A stretch of DNA of 63,715 nt, filler included, from Diploschistes diacapsis (GCA_023645945.1; 21 parts of 21 records of this genome joined end to end with filler, not necessarily neighbours in it), one strand, 5' to 3'. Shown: positions 11,505 to 26,000, counted from the whole stretch's first letter. Notes: generated by a model from the sequence alone, not told the origin. A program made the numbers and translations.

Positions 11505-12942
11505 NNNNNNNNNNNNNNNNNNNNNNNNNNNNNNNNNNNNNNNNNNNNTTAATTAATTAANNNNNNNNNNNNNNNNNNNNNNNNNNNNNNNNNNNNNNNN
11601 NNNNGGGATGTGGTGGGGAGCGAAGAAGGGAGAGGTGATGAGGATGGGCATGGTGAAGAGGAATGAAAATGGGAAATAGCGGTCGAAATGGCAACGGTGT
11701 TGGAGGTGGGTTGAAAACAGGAACACGAAAGGGGGGGGGACGGCCAATAATTACCGGAACACGGGGTGGAACATGGCACAGTCTACAAGAAGACAGCATT
11801 AGGGGTGGGGGTTGCCCCTCCTTCTGCAGCTTCACCGCTTCGCCCTCTCCTTCCGCTGGACCGCGCCGCGACACGGTGTGCTTGGCCGGGGCAGGGATTG
11901 GACCAAGGCGGCTGAGCTGCGCTTCGGCTTCCGAGTTTCACTTGTCTCGTAGGGATACGCCCGCCTCGCATTGCCTCGCATGCATAAGAAACGAACCCGC
12001 ACCGCGCTGGTTCTGGGTCGTGTGCAAGATACTGCTGCTGCTGCTAGCACCCGGCCCAGAAGAGCCTCACGAGCGTTCCCGTGAGCATCAACACGAGCAC
12101 GAGGTTGTCTTTCCATCCAGATATCCATCTATCCATCCACCGCCGCGCCCGCACTCTCCGCAGGCCGTGGGCTATGGAGAGAGAGTTAGAAGCACCGGCT
12201 TTTTTTTTTTTTTGGCACGCACCATAAATTTTCCAAAGAGGGACTGGGGCTCACGGCCTTGTGTACGTTTAAGGTAGGCTGTCTATCTACGGCCTGTGAG
12301 GGAAAGGTCTTGGAGTCGTGGTTGGGCTTTGAGTGAAGGCGAAGGCGGCAGAAGTCTAGGCTTGAGGCTTGTGCGAGTGTGAGAACGGATCCCGAGGGGT
12401 AGGTGGGGGGCATGCAGGACGGGGAAATATCTGGATTTAGAGAAGGTTCCCACGATATATAATAGGTCGAAAGCTGGTGGAGGAAGGAAGGAAGGGGGAT
12501 GGAAGGAGATCCGAATGGCTGCTGCAAGCAGCGGAAGGGTAAGGATAGATAGAAATGACGCTCGGGGCGATTAGGTGCGTAGAGAGGAGACATGGAAGAT
12601 GGGCGAACCGGGTTCGGGTACAGTACCTACTGGGTACTAAGTGTAGGTACGACGGTTGGGTAAGGAAGCTGGGGCTTGGAATGCCGCCGCTGTACAAAGT
12701 ACATAGGATAGGAAAGGGTGTGCTGGAGAGGGTTGGGCAACAGAGTGATACAGATAAACAAGTACATACATACAGACGGTATTTAATTTGAGAAGCCGGT
12801 ATCTCATCTCATTTAAAGCGCGATACTGACCAGCTCTGTTAGTTTTCGATTCTTAGTTCTTCGTTCTTAGCTATTAGTTTTTGTTCCATAGTAAACCATA
12901 GCACGCCATATCCCCTCTTGCTATGTTGGGAAGCGCTGCCAT

Positions 12943-15900
12943 CTACCGCCGATTGTACCCATATCCATCCGGCAACGGCCTATCTGGTCTCTCGTAGCCC
13001 CTACCAAACGCTTGTTGCTGCATCGGCGGCAGCGGATTTGCTTGCGGAGCGGGGTTCCAGCTTCCGGGGGGCGGCAGATTAGCCGGTGGGCCATAGTTAC
13101 TGTGACCGCCCTGCGGCGCGCGGTACGCCTGCTGCTGCTGCTGCTGCTGCTGCGTGTACGGATCCACATACCCGCCTTGGCGCGGATAGCCCTGCTGTTG
13201 CTGCTGTTGTTGCCGGCCATTGTATCCATCTCTATTGGCAATGTTCATCGGCGGCATGTATCCCGGCTGAATGTGCTGCGCAAAAGGGTTGGGTCTCGAG
13301 TCCTTCGAGTCCCCCGAGTTGGCGTAGTTGATTCTTCCGCCATCGCCTCCGTGGCCGCTTCTATAGCCGTTGCCGTTTCCATGGTTGCCTCGGAGAAAAC
13401 CGCCTTGGAAAGAACGCCCGGAGTTTCTGGCACGGCCTTTGGTGGCTTCGATGTCGCTGCGGTCGAGGGCCCAGGGGTCGAATTTGACGCCGGCGAGGAG
13501 CATGGATTTGTGGACGTTGGTGGATTTAGGGCATTGATAGTAGACGCTAGCAAAGAATGTTAGCAAGGCATGCGGAATGGAATAGAGTTTCAGCATTGAG
13601 CTCTAGGACGTGCGTACCTTAGCGAGTGGTCTTCGTCTAGATCCGGCATGCCACCGGTTTCTAATGGGAACACAAGCGCGCTCTGGGGGAGATAATCTGG
13701 GTTCTTTTCGATCTTGCCGGCTAAGCCACGACTAATCTTAGAGTCAATCTTGTACTTGGATGCGCCCTGCCGTTTGGAGTAGAAGTTGGACGTGACGTTA
13801 TGATATAGAGGGTTTTTGTCGGAAAATATCAAGACCTCGCGGCCAACGGCGTTTCGCTCAACCTCGTCAGCCGAGAGTTGTGGATAGCGCTTGCCCATCG
13901 CATCAAGCAACCGCTTCTCGTCGATAAAAGGTAGAAGAACGACGCCCTGCCAGGCCCACTTCTTCCCATTCAGATCGAGCGGAAAGTCCTCGGGGTAGAA
14001 ATCTATTATCTCACTGTCCTCGTCGGTCATGAGACTCTTGAAAACGTCCGGGATGGCGTGGTTTGAAGCCGCAGGCAACACACCCATAAGCTGTTCGTAC
14101 GGTCGAAATGGCTTGCCCTTTTCGAACTTGATCTCCATCTGATCAAGATCGACAAAGTCCGCCGCGAAAGGAGCATAGTGATAGGGGTAGTACCAAGTCC
14201 ACGAGGGGCAGCCTTGCATGTAGTAGAGCAAGACCCATGCTAAGCCTTCTACATAATGTCTAGCAACCTGATTTCTGAATGCGATATCCTTCGGATCCTT
14301 GCCAAACTTCTGTTCGTAATATCGATCGGCATACCCCGTCTCCCATAACTTCACTGTATCAGGCGCCGGCTCCGAATCGGTTTTTGGAGTCCCAGTATTG
14401 TCTGGCGTTTTGCGCCCTGGGGTGCTTGGGCTGTCTTCAACCAAAGCATCAGCTTTGCGTTTACCGAGTGCAGACGTAGGGGATTCTCCAGACTTTGGAC
14501 TGTTGTTATGGGTGCCGTTCGAAACTCCGTTCTCGGTAGACTTCTGCAGCAGCCTGCTCTTGAGCGCAGCGGCTGCGCTCTTGTTCGCCTGATCTGCTTG
14601 TTGTGTAAAATTTCGATTTACGACCATGTCATGAGTAAGAGCTCCTAGATCTTTGATGGTCTCTCCTTTCCCAGGAGCAAACATAGGCAAGTCCACAGGC
14701 ATGTTGTTGGCATTCCTCGTAGGCGTGAAATCCGAGTTTGAGCGTCCTGACTGCCTTCGGTTACGGTTTCCCTCGTCCACTTTTCTGCGCTTGAAAGCAG
14801 CCTCTTTCTTTTGATCGATTTCCCGGCGCTTCTTAAATATGGCATCCTCTTGCTTGGTAAGCCCATTCAGAATGAATTGAGCTCTTGCAAGATCAACCTG
14901 ACCGTCCTTGGTAACGTAGCCACCCATCAAAGGTAAATTGTCACGCCAGATGGCTATAAGCGTGTCAATACCGTTTTCCTTAATGTCCAAACTAGGCAGG
15001 TGAGGAAGGAAATCGTTTCCAACGAAGAAACACATGAAAACCCAGTCGTCCAACGCTCGCTCCAGGTCCCAATTAAACGAGACTGACACTTCAAGCTCTG
15101 CGGCAAGATATTCACGCAATACCGAAACATGGAGCCAAATGAAAGGTTTAAGTCCAACAGCATTGTCTTTCTCGTCATGTTCTCCCTGCTTCTCTTTGGC
15201 CTCTCCCCGACACTGCTCAGCCATGTGCCCCTTTTGCCCACATATGCGACATGTTCTAGCTTTGGCCTCTTGGAAGAAGACATCTTCACGAAGGACATGG
15301 AAATGTGGTTCGTGCGTGGCGAGACCCAACATGATTAAATCCGCATCCAGACCATAGATAACGTGACGGGTATTCGGGTCATGTAGAGGATCCGAACGTT
15401 GTGACCGTATGAATTCCATGATCTTGTGCTCTCCTTCGCCTGGTACGCTAGCATCAGAAATAATGACTTTCATATTCTCCCACCCTGGATCGGTGTTAAT
15501 CTTATAGGCACACCAGTATCGAAGACACGCGGCAAGCTTGAACATAAATGGTGTCCCAGGCGTAATTGCGTTGCTGTCCCAAGTCTTTTTTACGACTTCT
15601 TCCTCGGCACCTTCGCGGAGCACACCCTTATTCTGAACCTTTAGCATTTTCAAAAGCTCAGCTTTGTCTTCATCCTTTTCCTTTGCCTCTTGAGCTGATC
15701 GGAATCGTCGAGAACGTTGTTGGTTCATCTTCGCTCGCGGTGCAACGCCATCTGTACGGCTTTTTAGCTCAAAACTCGCGTAAGATGCTGGGGATGAAGG
15801 CTGCCAGTACCCCCCTAGACGACGAAAGAGCTTGTTCAAGATCAAGAAGCCATCCGAAGGGGAGCAATCCACAACAGGTCCCTGGATGATGGGCTGAACA

Positions 15901-16213
15901 ACATACCAACAGCAATCATGAGAACCTTTCTCGGCCGAACCATGTTCACGACTCTATCGGTGTATTTGAAGATTTCTAGCATCATGGCCTCTTCAGTGTC
16001 CGGGGCTGGCTTATCTTCCGGGTGCGAGCACGGATGTACAATACCGTTCATGTCAAGATAGAGGTTGTCGTACTCCATGCCGTTCGGATTTGGCTTCGAG
16101 GTATCGACCGGCACCTCCACGCCATCTATTTCCTGTGGCCGCTCCTCTATCACCTTCTCTATGATCTTGGGATACTTTGTTGACAGCCATCGAAAAAGCG
16201 CCGGAACACCCAT
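12943..16213 (-). CDS. XRN2: 5'-3' exoribonuclease 2 (Rat1/Dhp1/XRN2); exons 16213-15907, 15751-13618, 13546-12943
   Basis: [58 protein letters not shown] knuckle [24 protein letters not shown] introns restore the frame. Gly/Gln/Pro-rich tail. Confidence 0.95.
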
Positions 16214-16772
16214 TGTGAAGATAGCAGAGACGCTTAGGTCACTGGAATATACTTGTGCGCGTGCTTCTAAGACTTTTGGTTGAGCCTTAATCGAATCTCG
16301 AGCCGGCAACGAAGAGCGTCGCAGTGGGGAAGGACTGGCCGGGATTTTTAAAGGAGAAGAATTTGAGGCAGAGACTAAATTAGCAAGCCATATCCGCGGA
16401 TATGAACCTCCTCATAATCTAGAGAAGACAGTCGTAGGAAGGCGTCGATAGAGGAAGTGTGAGGCTTGATTCCGCATATGGAATCTATTCGGACACGATC
16501 TCCTACTTTTTGTCCGAGTAAAAGACCGGGGCACGTGCTGTGGCTTAAACCTAAGCTTTAATGCCAGCTGTGGCTGGTGCAAAAGGCTTTGCGCCTCAGT
16601 AGGCACGTACCTGAACGGAAAATAGTATAGTCCTCCTACAAGTTTGTGTACACCCACTGGTTTGGAAATGTGAGGAGAAATGAATCCCGAGTACGGAGTC
16701 GCAGAGGCATTTACTTTGCTCTTCCGCAGACGCTATGTGCGCGCTTGAGCTGCCAACGTCCGTCAGCACAGA
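16214..16772. promoter_or_regulatory. Divergent intergenic region (~560 bp) between XRN2 and USO1
   Basis: Head-to-head start codons at 16213 (-) and 16773 (+). Promoter function is inferred. Confidence 0.5.
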
Positions 16773-19700
16773 ATGTTCCGTATCCTCGAGTCCCAAGCTC
16801 CGGCGAAGCAGAATGCTGAGGATACGATTGCCACGTTAAGTGGAAGACTGCAAAGCGCTACGTTACTGGAGGACAGAAGAGCTGCTATACTAGGTCTACG
16901 GAGCTTTGCAAAGCTTTACCCAGCTTCAGTCGCATCAGGGGGCTTGCGGAACTTGATCAATAGTCTTAGCCATGATGTCGAGGATACAGATACCACAAAA
17001 GTGGTGCTGGAAACCCTGTTAATGCTCTTCAGTCCTGATGAATCCAGTGTGCGTGTCCAGATTCACCTACACATAGTGTTATGCTGACCTCGACCAGCCA
17101 GAAGCCTCTGATGACATAGCTCTATGGCTAGCCGATGAATTTACGCAGGTATGGCGCGTGGACGACCACAACCCCGAACCTACTGACCTGCCGTTGGAGT
17201 AGCGCCAGGAGAACATCACGGTCCTCCTTGACCTTCTCGACAGGAATGACTTCTTTTCTCGCCTCTACTCTCTTCAGCTGATTTCTGCAATATCAACAGC
17301 ACGGCCTGAAAGGACTCAAGAATGCGTCTACACCGCACCTTTGGGGGTTTCGAGACTCGTTGCCATACTGGATGATAAGAGAGAAGCGCTCCGTGGCGGT
17401 ACGACAACCTCTTGATCATTACATGAAGCTGCTGCTAACAGGCTCTTTGGGGTCTAGAGGCGCTTTTGCTTCTAATTGCCCTCACACCAGCTTCACCGGA
17501 CCTACAGAAGCTAGTGGCTTTCGAGAATGCTTTCGACCGGATTTTCGCGGTTCTTGATGCTGAAGGGTCACTGACAAATGGAGGCGTGGTTGTGCAGGAT
17601 TGCTTATCGCTGTTGGCCAACCTGTTACGGCTCAATGTTTCCAATCAATCTTTCTTTCGAGAGACCGGAGGGGTCTCAAAGGTCACAAAAATACTCGCGC
17701 AGGCCCTCAAAGATGAGTCCTCTCCAGAAAAAATTGATGAGCTCACGGCTACACAAAGAGACAAGAACCTGTGGGGTTTCATGTCTATCATTCGGCTTTT
17801 CTTGCTTGGGGGCACTGTGAATACTCAAATGAACCAATCCACATTTTGGCAGAACGGGATAGTATTCCAGATGCTAGAAATTGGGTTTCATCCAACATTA
17901 TCTGCCCCAATTAGAGCAGAAGTGAGCCTAAGTCCTGGAACCTCTGATGCGGCTTATCACTGACTCTATATCTGTGTAGGCTCTGCTCACGTGCGCAGAT
18001 CTTATTCGGGGAAACAGCACTCTTCAAGAAAAGCTTGCGCAACGGGACGTCACTTTCTACGTACCCATCCCTCCAACTCCATCCACTCCTTCGGCACAAA
18101 GACCCAATGGCCAGCACAAGAACCCAACGTCCGTAATCGTCAACGTAATTCAGGGGCTTCTCGATCTGGCTCTAGCGGTTTCATGCCCGCAAAACTTCGA
18201 TGTAAGATTAGCAGCGTGCGAATGCATCAAAGCCTATTTCTACAGTCACGCGCCTGTTCGATTGCATTTCCTTCGGCATGCTCGAAACGGCCACATCTCC
18301 AACCAAAACGAACCTGACAATATTTTTACGATTCTTCTTGAAGAACCAGATCCTGGACATACCCTCGATCCATACCGGCAGTGGATAGCCTCCGTTCTCC
18401 TTTTTCATCTAATTCAGGATGATTATGACGCCAAGAATATCGCGATGGATATTGCCGAGGGAGATGCGGAGAAGGGTGAAGAAGTTGTAACGTGCATCCA
18501 AGGCATGTCAGCCAATCTTATCTCAAAAGCTCAGAAAATTGACGGTGATCGTGTTGTGATCGGCTACCTGATGGTTTTGAGTGGATGGCTATACGAAGAT
18601 CCAGACGCAGTGAATGACTTCCTACAGGAAGGAAGCAGCGTACAGGGGCTCATTCAGATTGTGATGCAGCCTGGGAAAGGAAAAGTTTTGGAGGCAGGCC
18701 TGTGTGCATTTTTGCTTGGTATCGTCTATGAGTTCTCTACTAAAGACTCACCCATTCCTCGAGCCACCCTACATGAAATCCTCACCAGTCGATTGGGCCG
18801 CGAGCAGTTCAACAACAAAATGACCAAGCTCCGCGAGCACCCTTACGTTCGAGACTTTGAAGTTTTGCCACAAGGGAACTCAAGTGACGGCTTGCCCTCG
18901 GTTTACTTCGACAAAACATTCATTGACTTCCTCAAAGACAACTTTAGTCGCATATATCGAGCGATAGACCGAGACCCGGGAATCGAGGTCTCGGTTCTTG
19001 CGAACGGTGTGCAGAAAGGAATCTCAAGAGAGCTTGTAGATAGCCTCAAAGCCCAACTTGATGACAAGACCCAAGCGTTGCAGAAGGTTGAGTCTGAGAA
19101 ACTAACCTTGGAGCGTAAACTGGGCCAAGAGCAGGCAGAAGTGCGTAAAGCCCGAGATTCGGCAGTAGTTGAACTCTCTCGCATCAAGAGCATTAATGAG
19201 TCCCTGCAGCGTAACCATGAAGAAGAAATAAGCAAGCAGCGCGATGAACACCGACTTGCTCTCAACAACATAGAGCAACACATCCAAACTATGCGTAAAG
19301 CGCATGAAGAGGAGGTGCAGAACATGCGCAAAGCACACGAGAGCGAGCTACAGGAACTGCAGACAAATAGCACCCGCCAAATCACCGAAGCTACTACGCA
19401 TGTGCAGAATGTCGTTGCCAATGTGCAAGCTGAAGCCCGAAAATTCAAAGAGGATAACGAGAATCTTGCCACAAAGGTCCGAGAACGCCATGAAGCAGAA
19501 GTGGCAGACCTCAAAGCCCAGCTACACAAGCGGGAACGAGAAGTGGAGAAGGCCAGCAAAGACCACGCGCAAGACTTACGCACTGCCAATGAGGAGTATG
19601 AGTCGAACAGGTTTGCGCTTGAAGGTCGGGCCCAGAGGGCGGAAGAAAAAGCTGCAGAATCCGAATTGAGGATAAAGGATATAAGTAAGGCAGCAGATGA

Positions 19701-19970
19701 CGCGATGAAGGAGAGGCAGAAGGAATTTGAGGAGCTCGCGGAGGCGAAGCAGGCTGCTGAGACGGAGAGGGATGACTTATTGATTGTCTTGGGAGACTTA
19801 GAGGAAAAGAGGTCAAGAGATAAGGTAAGCCCTTGTTAACTTGAAGCCATTGGCGATGGGCTGGTCATGCTGATTACTTACAGAAACGACTGAAAGCCCT
19901 AGGCGAGGAAATCTCTGATGATGACGATGACGAGGGCGAAGACGAAGACAAAGACGGCGATGATGAGTAG
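16773..19970 (+). CDS. USO1: Uso1/p115 vesicle-tethering protein; exons 16773-17048, 17098-17148, 17203-17398, 17458-17921, 17980-19824, 19884-19970
   Basis: LSGRLQSATLLEDRRAAILGLRSF, QKLVAFENAFDRIF, VVQDCLSLLANLL head domain, long coiled coil and acidic C-tail. Five GT-AG introns keep the frame. Confidence 0.92.
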
Positions 19971-20958
19971 AGCATCGCTTAAACAAGAAGGGCTTGCAGT
20001 AGCCTTTGGTGCGTTCCTGAGGTCCTCGAAGTTCGGTCAGGGTGATGAAGAGAAAACGACTCTCTCTCTCTCTCTCTTTCTGTGCCTGGCAATATTAACC
20101 GAAACTGCAGCTGACTTCAGCCGTTCATGGTCCGAAGCCGACAATAACAATAACGCAGTACCATAGCTGTTGATAAGAGCTTTCAACTGGTCGTCTGCAT
20201 ATGTGCACACGGAGCAGTGCTATGGGACCTTTCGTCGAAGAGCGAAGAGCGGGCTTATCTCAATTAGGTGTCCCAATCAATGACAGACAACCTCAAAGCC
20301 TCTTGTGATTGCACAACGCAGATGAGAAGGGCAAGCAAAGAAGAGGAGAAGAACGCCGCAGGAACACCATATCTTGTGAAGGGCGGAGGCTCGATGCGAC
20401 ATTGAGAATTGGGTGACCCACTACAACGTTCTAGCATAGTTCATGGAATGTCTAAGGGTGTATAATGCTTGAGAGAATGATGCTATCTTACAGTATCTAC
20501 CTCGATCACCTCGATCACCTCGATCATCCTCAACACGCTCCTATGTCTCTGCACTTGTGGCGAGTTGTGATGGCCTCGGCAGCATCGTTATGATATATGC
20601 TATCTAGTACATGTATATGTTAGCGAGAGGCCTCTTCGGATGCTACTGAGCCCAACAACTCTGCCTCTTTCTACTGATACGATATTGAATCATGGCAAAT
20701 CCATGATAAGCATCTGCCTGAGGTTTGCTTCACGGCATTCAACGGGAAGTTGTCATTCAGGCCTGCCATTATCGGCATCGTCATCAACCAGCAATCGTGC
20801 GGGGCATCAATGGCAGTCTCTTAGCTGTTCTTTGCTACCATATTGTCTGATTTGTATGTTATTTCTTATCTTTCCAAGGTAGCTAATAAACTGTTCTCTG
20901 TTAGACTACTTTGTTGTATCCTTATGTCAATTCTATCTTTCCATTTCCGTTGTGCAGT

Positions 20959-22074
20959 ATGGCTACTGCCCAGGCTATAAACCCGAGTCCCTCTGCTCCA
21001 TGGAAGGATGCAGATACAGCAGATTCATCTTCAAGGCGGACCGTCATCGGTAGACCTCCAGATGACCATTGGATGCACAGTGCAGAACCACCCTTGTTCG
21101 ACTTGACCAGGCCAGCTCCGCCCGATTACCCCATTTCATCTCCGTCGTCGTCGATTACCTTGAGGACCAGCACAACGCCTATCGTAATATCCCCTTCACT
21201 CACCGCCCTCGTAATTATTGATATGCAAAACTTCTTTTTGTCCACCGCGCTAGGGAGACCTTCGGATGGCGCAGGAAACAAGGCCAAAAACCAGCTTCTT
21301 CGGTTTGCGATACCTGCCGCCCGTGCAGCAGGAATTCGAATCGTTTGGCTTAACTGGGGCCTGACAGAGGAGGACATTGCAACGATGCCGCCAGGCACCC
21401 GTCGAGCCTTCGGCTTCGAGACTTCATTGAATCGAGACGCTGTTAAAGACGCACACGGAGTGAATGTAGCTCGTGCCAAGCGTGCCTTGGACCCACCTCA
21501 GACTCGAGAAAACGCGTCGAGGACAACCGCATCCATGACCAAGATCGATGATCCATCGCAGCTTACTGAAAATGGTAAGCCAGTTCGTCTATACCGGGGT
21601 CTTGGAAGTGAGATTGGACTGGTCGAGCTTTCGGACGGCACTACAGTCGATGGAGGCCGTCTATTAATGCGAGATACTTGGAACGCGTCGCTACCGCCTT
21701 CTTTACTGGGCACTTACCAAAGCGGTGCTTCCTTGAACCAGATTCCAGACGTTTGGATCCACAAAAACCGCATGTCCGGTCTCTGGGGTGCTTCAACCCC
21801 CGCGACAGATTTCTTTGGAAAAGAAGGCATTCGAACGTTATTGTTTGCTGGTGTCAATACGGATCAATGCGTTTCGGGAAGCCTGCAAGACGCTTACAGC
21901 AAAGGGTTCGACTGTGTTCTATTAAAAGATGCTTGTGGAACGACGAGCCCGAACTTCGCTCAAGAGTGCATCGAGTACAACAGCGCCAAAACTTGGGGCT
22001 TCGTGACAGACTGTGAGGCACTTGAAGCTGGAATCGCAAACATGAAAGACAAAAGCAAGCTAGAGCAGGCCTAG
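20959..22074 (+). CDS. Isochorismatase-family cysteine hydrolase (intronless)
   Basis: LVIIDMQNFF (Asp), IHKNRMSG (Lys) and GVNTDQCV (Cys) catalytic triad. Confidence 0.85.
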   Translation: MATAQAINPSPSAPWKDADTADSSSRRTVIGRPPDDHWMHSAEPPLFDLTRPAPPDYPISSPSSSITLRTSTTPIVISPSLTALVIIDMQNFFLSTALGRPSDGAGNKAKNQLLRFAIPAARAAGIRIVWLNWGLTEEDIATMPPGTRRAFGFETSLNRDAVKDAHGVNVARAKRALDPPQTRENASRTTASMTKIDDPSQLTENGKPVRLYRGLGSEIGLVELSDGTTVDGGRLLMRDTWNASLPPSLLGTYQSGASLNQIPDVWIHKNRMSGLWGASTPATDFFGKEGIRTLLFAGVNTDQCVSGSLQDAYSKGFDCVLLKDACGTTSPNFAQECIEYNSAKTWGFVTDCEALEAGIANMKDKSKLEQA

Positions 22075-23088
22075 TCCAGGCTGCTGTTATGGCAAATCCA
22101 AACAAACAGTCCCAAGTCGGCATCCAACGGTGGACCCAGCTGCTCCCGCCCACTCCAGGAGTGCATTAGGGAAGGACTGTACATGTTTTCGGCCGTTCGA
22201 ACCTTGAGTTCCATCGTCTACACGGGTCATTTTAATGCAAGAGATGATTCAATGTTACCCCAAGTGGAAAGGCAGAACGGCAAGACGAGGATGGCAAGCG
22301 CGCTACAGTTGCAAAAGGTGATTGCGATTCGATCGCACGACGCGGCGACAAAAGCTGTGTCTATTCGAATGAGAACTACAGAAACAACAGATACAGACAA
22401 TATTCAAAATTGCTTAGTCGTTTACGAAGGAACAGTAGAGCAATTCATACCACCACCACGCATCGAAGAGCTCAACTCAGGGGTAGTTATAGCTAAGATA
22501 CATTGATTCCTAATTGGCCGCAGAACTGTTACTGTGCAGTTGCTGTACGGATAGTTACTACGTCCTTGTAGTAAGCTCTGTAGTAAACACCTGGACTTAC
22601 CGCATGCCAAGCTTTATAGAGCAGTTATCGTGACCGAAAACAAACATATATTTTACCATTAGCGGGTCCTTTTGGTATATCAAGCGCCGGTTTAGTACCC
22701 GCTAAGCCATATAGCCAAAAGACCAGCAATACTGCATTGTGACAAGTATTAATTAATCTAAACTGATATATATACATGCGAGACCACACTTTAAGTGATA
22801 CTTATTATTATCCCAATTAGAGTCATTCGTTTTGATTTATTAACCACTACTCTCGATGTTCATTGCTTCAAATAAATAGTAGATGTATATTGAGATGTAG
22901 TAGCGAGACATAAAATTTCAAACGGGTCGGAGGTGTCAAGCTCCGGTAATTTACTTATGTAATAGTCTTTATTTCGGTCAGAATAACGGCACCCCTTGCT
23001 TTAAGGAAGAAGATCACTCAATATACTTGTTCTGCATAGCATGCTCGATTGATAGTCGCTGTCTCTAGGTAGCCCCAAAGCAGAGATC

Positions 23089-26000
23089 ATGCGCTTCGAC
23101 GCGCTGTCTCTCGGCGGCTTCCTAGGCTTTCTACTCCCTGTTACCGTTTCGGCCCTTTTCCAAGACGAGGCCTACCAAATCGACTTTCACTATGCACTGC
23201 TAGGCGCACCAGTTGCGGAAAATACCTTCTTTCATCAGCCGTCTGCGAGTTCCAAAGCCAGCCTCCTCTACACCCTGTCAGAAAAGCTGGTGCTTGGCGC
23301 GATCAATCCCAGAGATGGCTCCTTGGTCTGGCGACAGGATCTTGCAGACGGTGCGGCAATCCGCAGCGCTGTGCGAGGCTTTTTGCGGGCTCCAAACTCT
23401 ACGAACGTTGTTGTCAGTGCTGTCGGCAGTAAAGTGAGAGGTTGGGATGCTTCGGAAGGAAGAATGATTTGGGAGAGGGAAGAGGCGGGAATTGTCCGAA
23501 GTCTATCACTTTTGGAAGTCGATCCCATGGTCGTCTCAGAGGACAATGGCAGAGTTCACATATCAAGGTTGAATGGTATGAACGGAAAGATGATATGGGA
23601 CGTTACGAACAGGTAGAGGCTTACCATAACCGAATTCGGGGTGCCTGTACTTACATGGCGCAGCGATGACCTCCCTCTTACCATGGCCTCTTCAGAAACG
23701 AGCATTTTCTACACATCTCTGACACCTACACTACTCAAAGGTTATCAGATTCATGTGACGGAAGTCGAGCCTAATACAGCTCAGTTAAAGTCCCAGAACA
23801 CGCTCGGCTCAGAAAATGAGGTTGTCTCCACAGACTCGATCATTCATATCAGCTCTCATTCCACGGCGCCCATAATTGCATGGGCGGATAAGAATTTCAA
23901 GACCTTGAAGGTCAATCTTCTGGGTAAGAAAGAGATTGCTACCATAAACATTGCGAAACATGGGGAGGACTCTATTCAAAGTGTTTCTATCCATGCTCCT
24001 ACGTCTGGACACGCCCTTCCTCACTTTCTTGTCCATTACCAGTCCAGGCGGGCGAGCTGGGCAGAGGTTTATCACATCGACCATCAGAAGGGGGCCATCT
24101 CAAAGGCATATGATTTGCCGAAACTGGATGGCCGTAGTGCATTCTCTGTTAGCACGGTAGACGCGGACGTGTTTTTCCTACGGCGTACAGATTCTGAATT
24201 TGTTCTCGTATCGTCTGCGTCCCATGGTGTTCTGGAGCGTTGGCCGGTTGGACACGCAAGATCCAACGGATCGGCATCGGATTATGTGGTAGATGCTGTT
24301 TCCGAAATCGTTCCCAAAGGTTCAACATATGCCATCAGGTCTGCCTGCACCACGAGTTCGGGTGATTTGGAGCTAGCGCGCAATGGGCAGCACGTGTGGA
24401 CGAGGCCAGAAAGTCTATCAGGCGTCAAGCATGCTGTCTGGGTTGAATTCCCTGATCAGAGTGAGCTGAAGAGTGAGCTAGAGCAAGAGAGGCACAAGAA
24501 CGTGGCTACGGCTTATATTAATCGTGTATCGCGCCATATACAGGACCTGAAGCATCTTCCTGTATGGCTTCAATCAATACCGGGAAGGCTGCTCAATAAC
24601 TTCGGGCTTAATATTTTGACCTCGGCTCAAGAACCGAGCTTGGATTCATTCGGATTTCGGAAGATGTTTATTGTAGCTACTGAAAAGGGACGTGTTGTCG
24701 CACTTGACTCCGGATCACAAGGAAGCATAATATGGAGCACTCAAGCTCTGCAGCTTCCACCAGGAGGCAGCTGGAACGTGACTGATATCCAGCTTGATAG
24801 CGCTGGCATCCTCAGAATCACCGACCCAGACCTTGGGCGTAGGATAGGCGTGTCTTTGAATGGTGATGAAGTCTACCTGCACGACGATGAGATTCAAGGA
24901 ATCGCAGAAGACGAGAAAGCGATCCCTATTCCCTCACCATCTGGAAACCCTGAAATGGTACTTATCTCGCAGGGTATTCCCAAGATCAAAGCGTCAAGCG
25001 CCCTCAGCGGTGCCAACACTCTAATCACTCAAAAGCCCGATGGGTCATTGATCGGCTGGAGATTCCAAGGTCCTGAACTGACCCAGGTGTGGGCTTTCGA
25101 GGCGTCGGCAGGAGACAGGATAGCTAGTGTTACGGCTCGACCGACTCATGATCCCGTTGCCTCGATCGGTAGACCACTAGGCGATCGCAATGTCCTTTAC
25201 AAATTCATTTCGCTCAATGTTTTGTTGGTTACAACGCTAAACTCGGAAGCCTCTAAGGCGAAAGTATACCTCCTAGACTCAATATCTGGTCAAGTCCTAT
25301 ACTCTACAAGTCATGAAGCGGTAGACACAACAGTTGGCATCGAGGCTACATTTTCCGAGAATTGGTTTGCATACACGCTGCACCTGGATCCTGCCTTGGC
25401 CAACGAAGAGAAAGCCGAGGGTACCCCCAAGTCAAGTCTGCTCGTTGTGTCTGAACTCTTCGAATCATCCATTCCGAATGATCGAGGTCCACTAGGAGCA
25501 TCAAGCAACGTATCGTCTCTTGTCTCAACCTCGTACTCGCCATACGTCGTAACGGCTGCATATGTTTTGCCCTCTTCCTTATCTCATCTGACGACAACCT
25601 CGACAAAACAAGGGATCACACCAAGGTCCATACTCGCATATTCATCGTCGCTCGCAGCGCTGCTAGCAATTCCGGTGTCGTTGTTGTCGCCACGTCGGCC
25701 CGTAGGCCGTGATCCTACGCCAGAGGAACGCGAAGAAGGGCTAATGCGCTACTCATCGTTCTTGGACTTCCACCCGCAATGGACACTGAGTCATCAGCGG
25801 GAGCTCCTTGGCATTAATGGTATTGTAACAGCCCCCTCAGATATGGAGAGTACCAGTTTGGTTTTCGCCTACGGAGATCTAGATGTTTTTGGCACCCGTG
25901 TCTCGCCGATCGGAACGTTCGATATGCTGAGCAAGGGGTTTGGAAAGATACAGCTCATTTTGACAGTACTGGCGTTGGCTATAGGAACGGGGGTTTTGGC

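Noticed and set aside
11605..12800. ORFs such as 11663-12277 (204 aa)
   Set aside because: No recognisable motifs or splice structure. This is low-complexity purine/pyrimidine-skewed DNA, probably the promoter or UTR of a gene beyond the contig end.
18903..19589. Long antisense ORF over USO1 (also 29609-30523 and 44567-45076)
   Set aside because: Shadow frames of coiled-coil or GC-rich coding sequence.
20498..20530. (ACCTCGATC)x3 tandem repeat and other microsatellites (GTCAG at ~30555, CT at ~31168 and 44154, GTC at ~45695)
   Set aside because: Ordinary simple repeats with no evidence of function.
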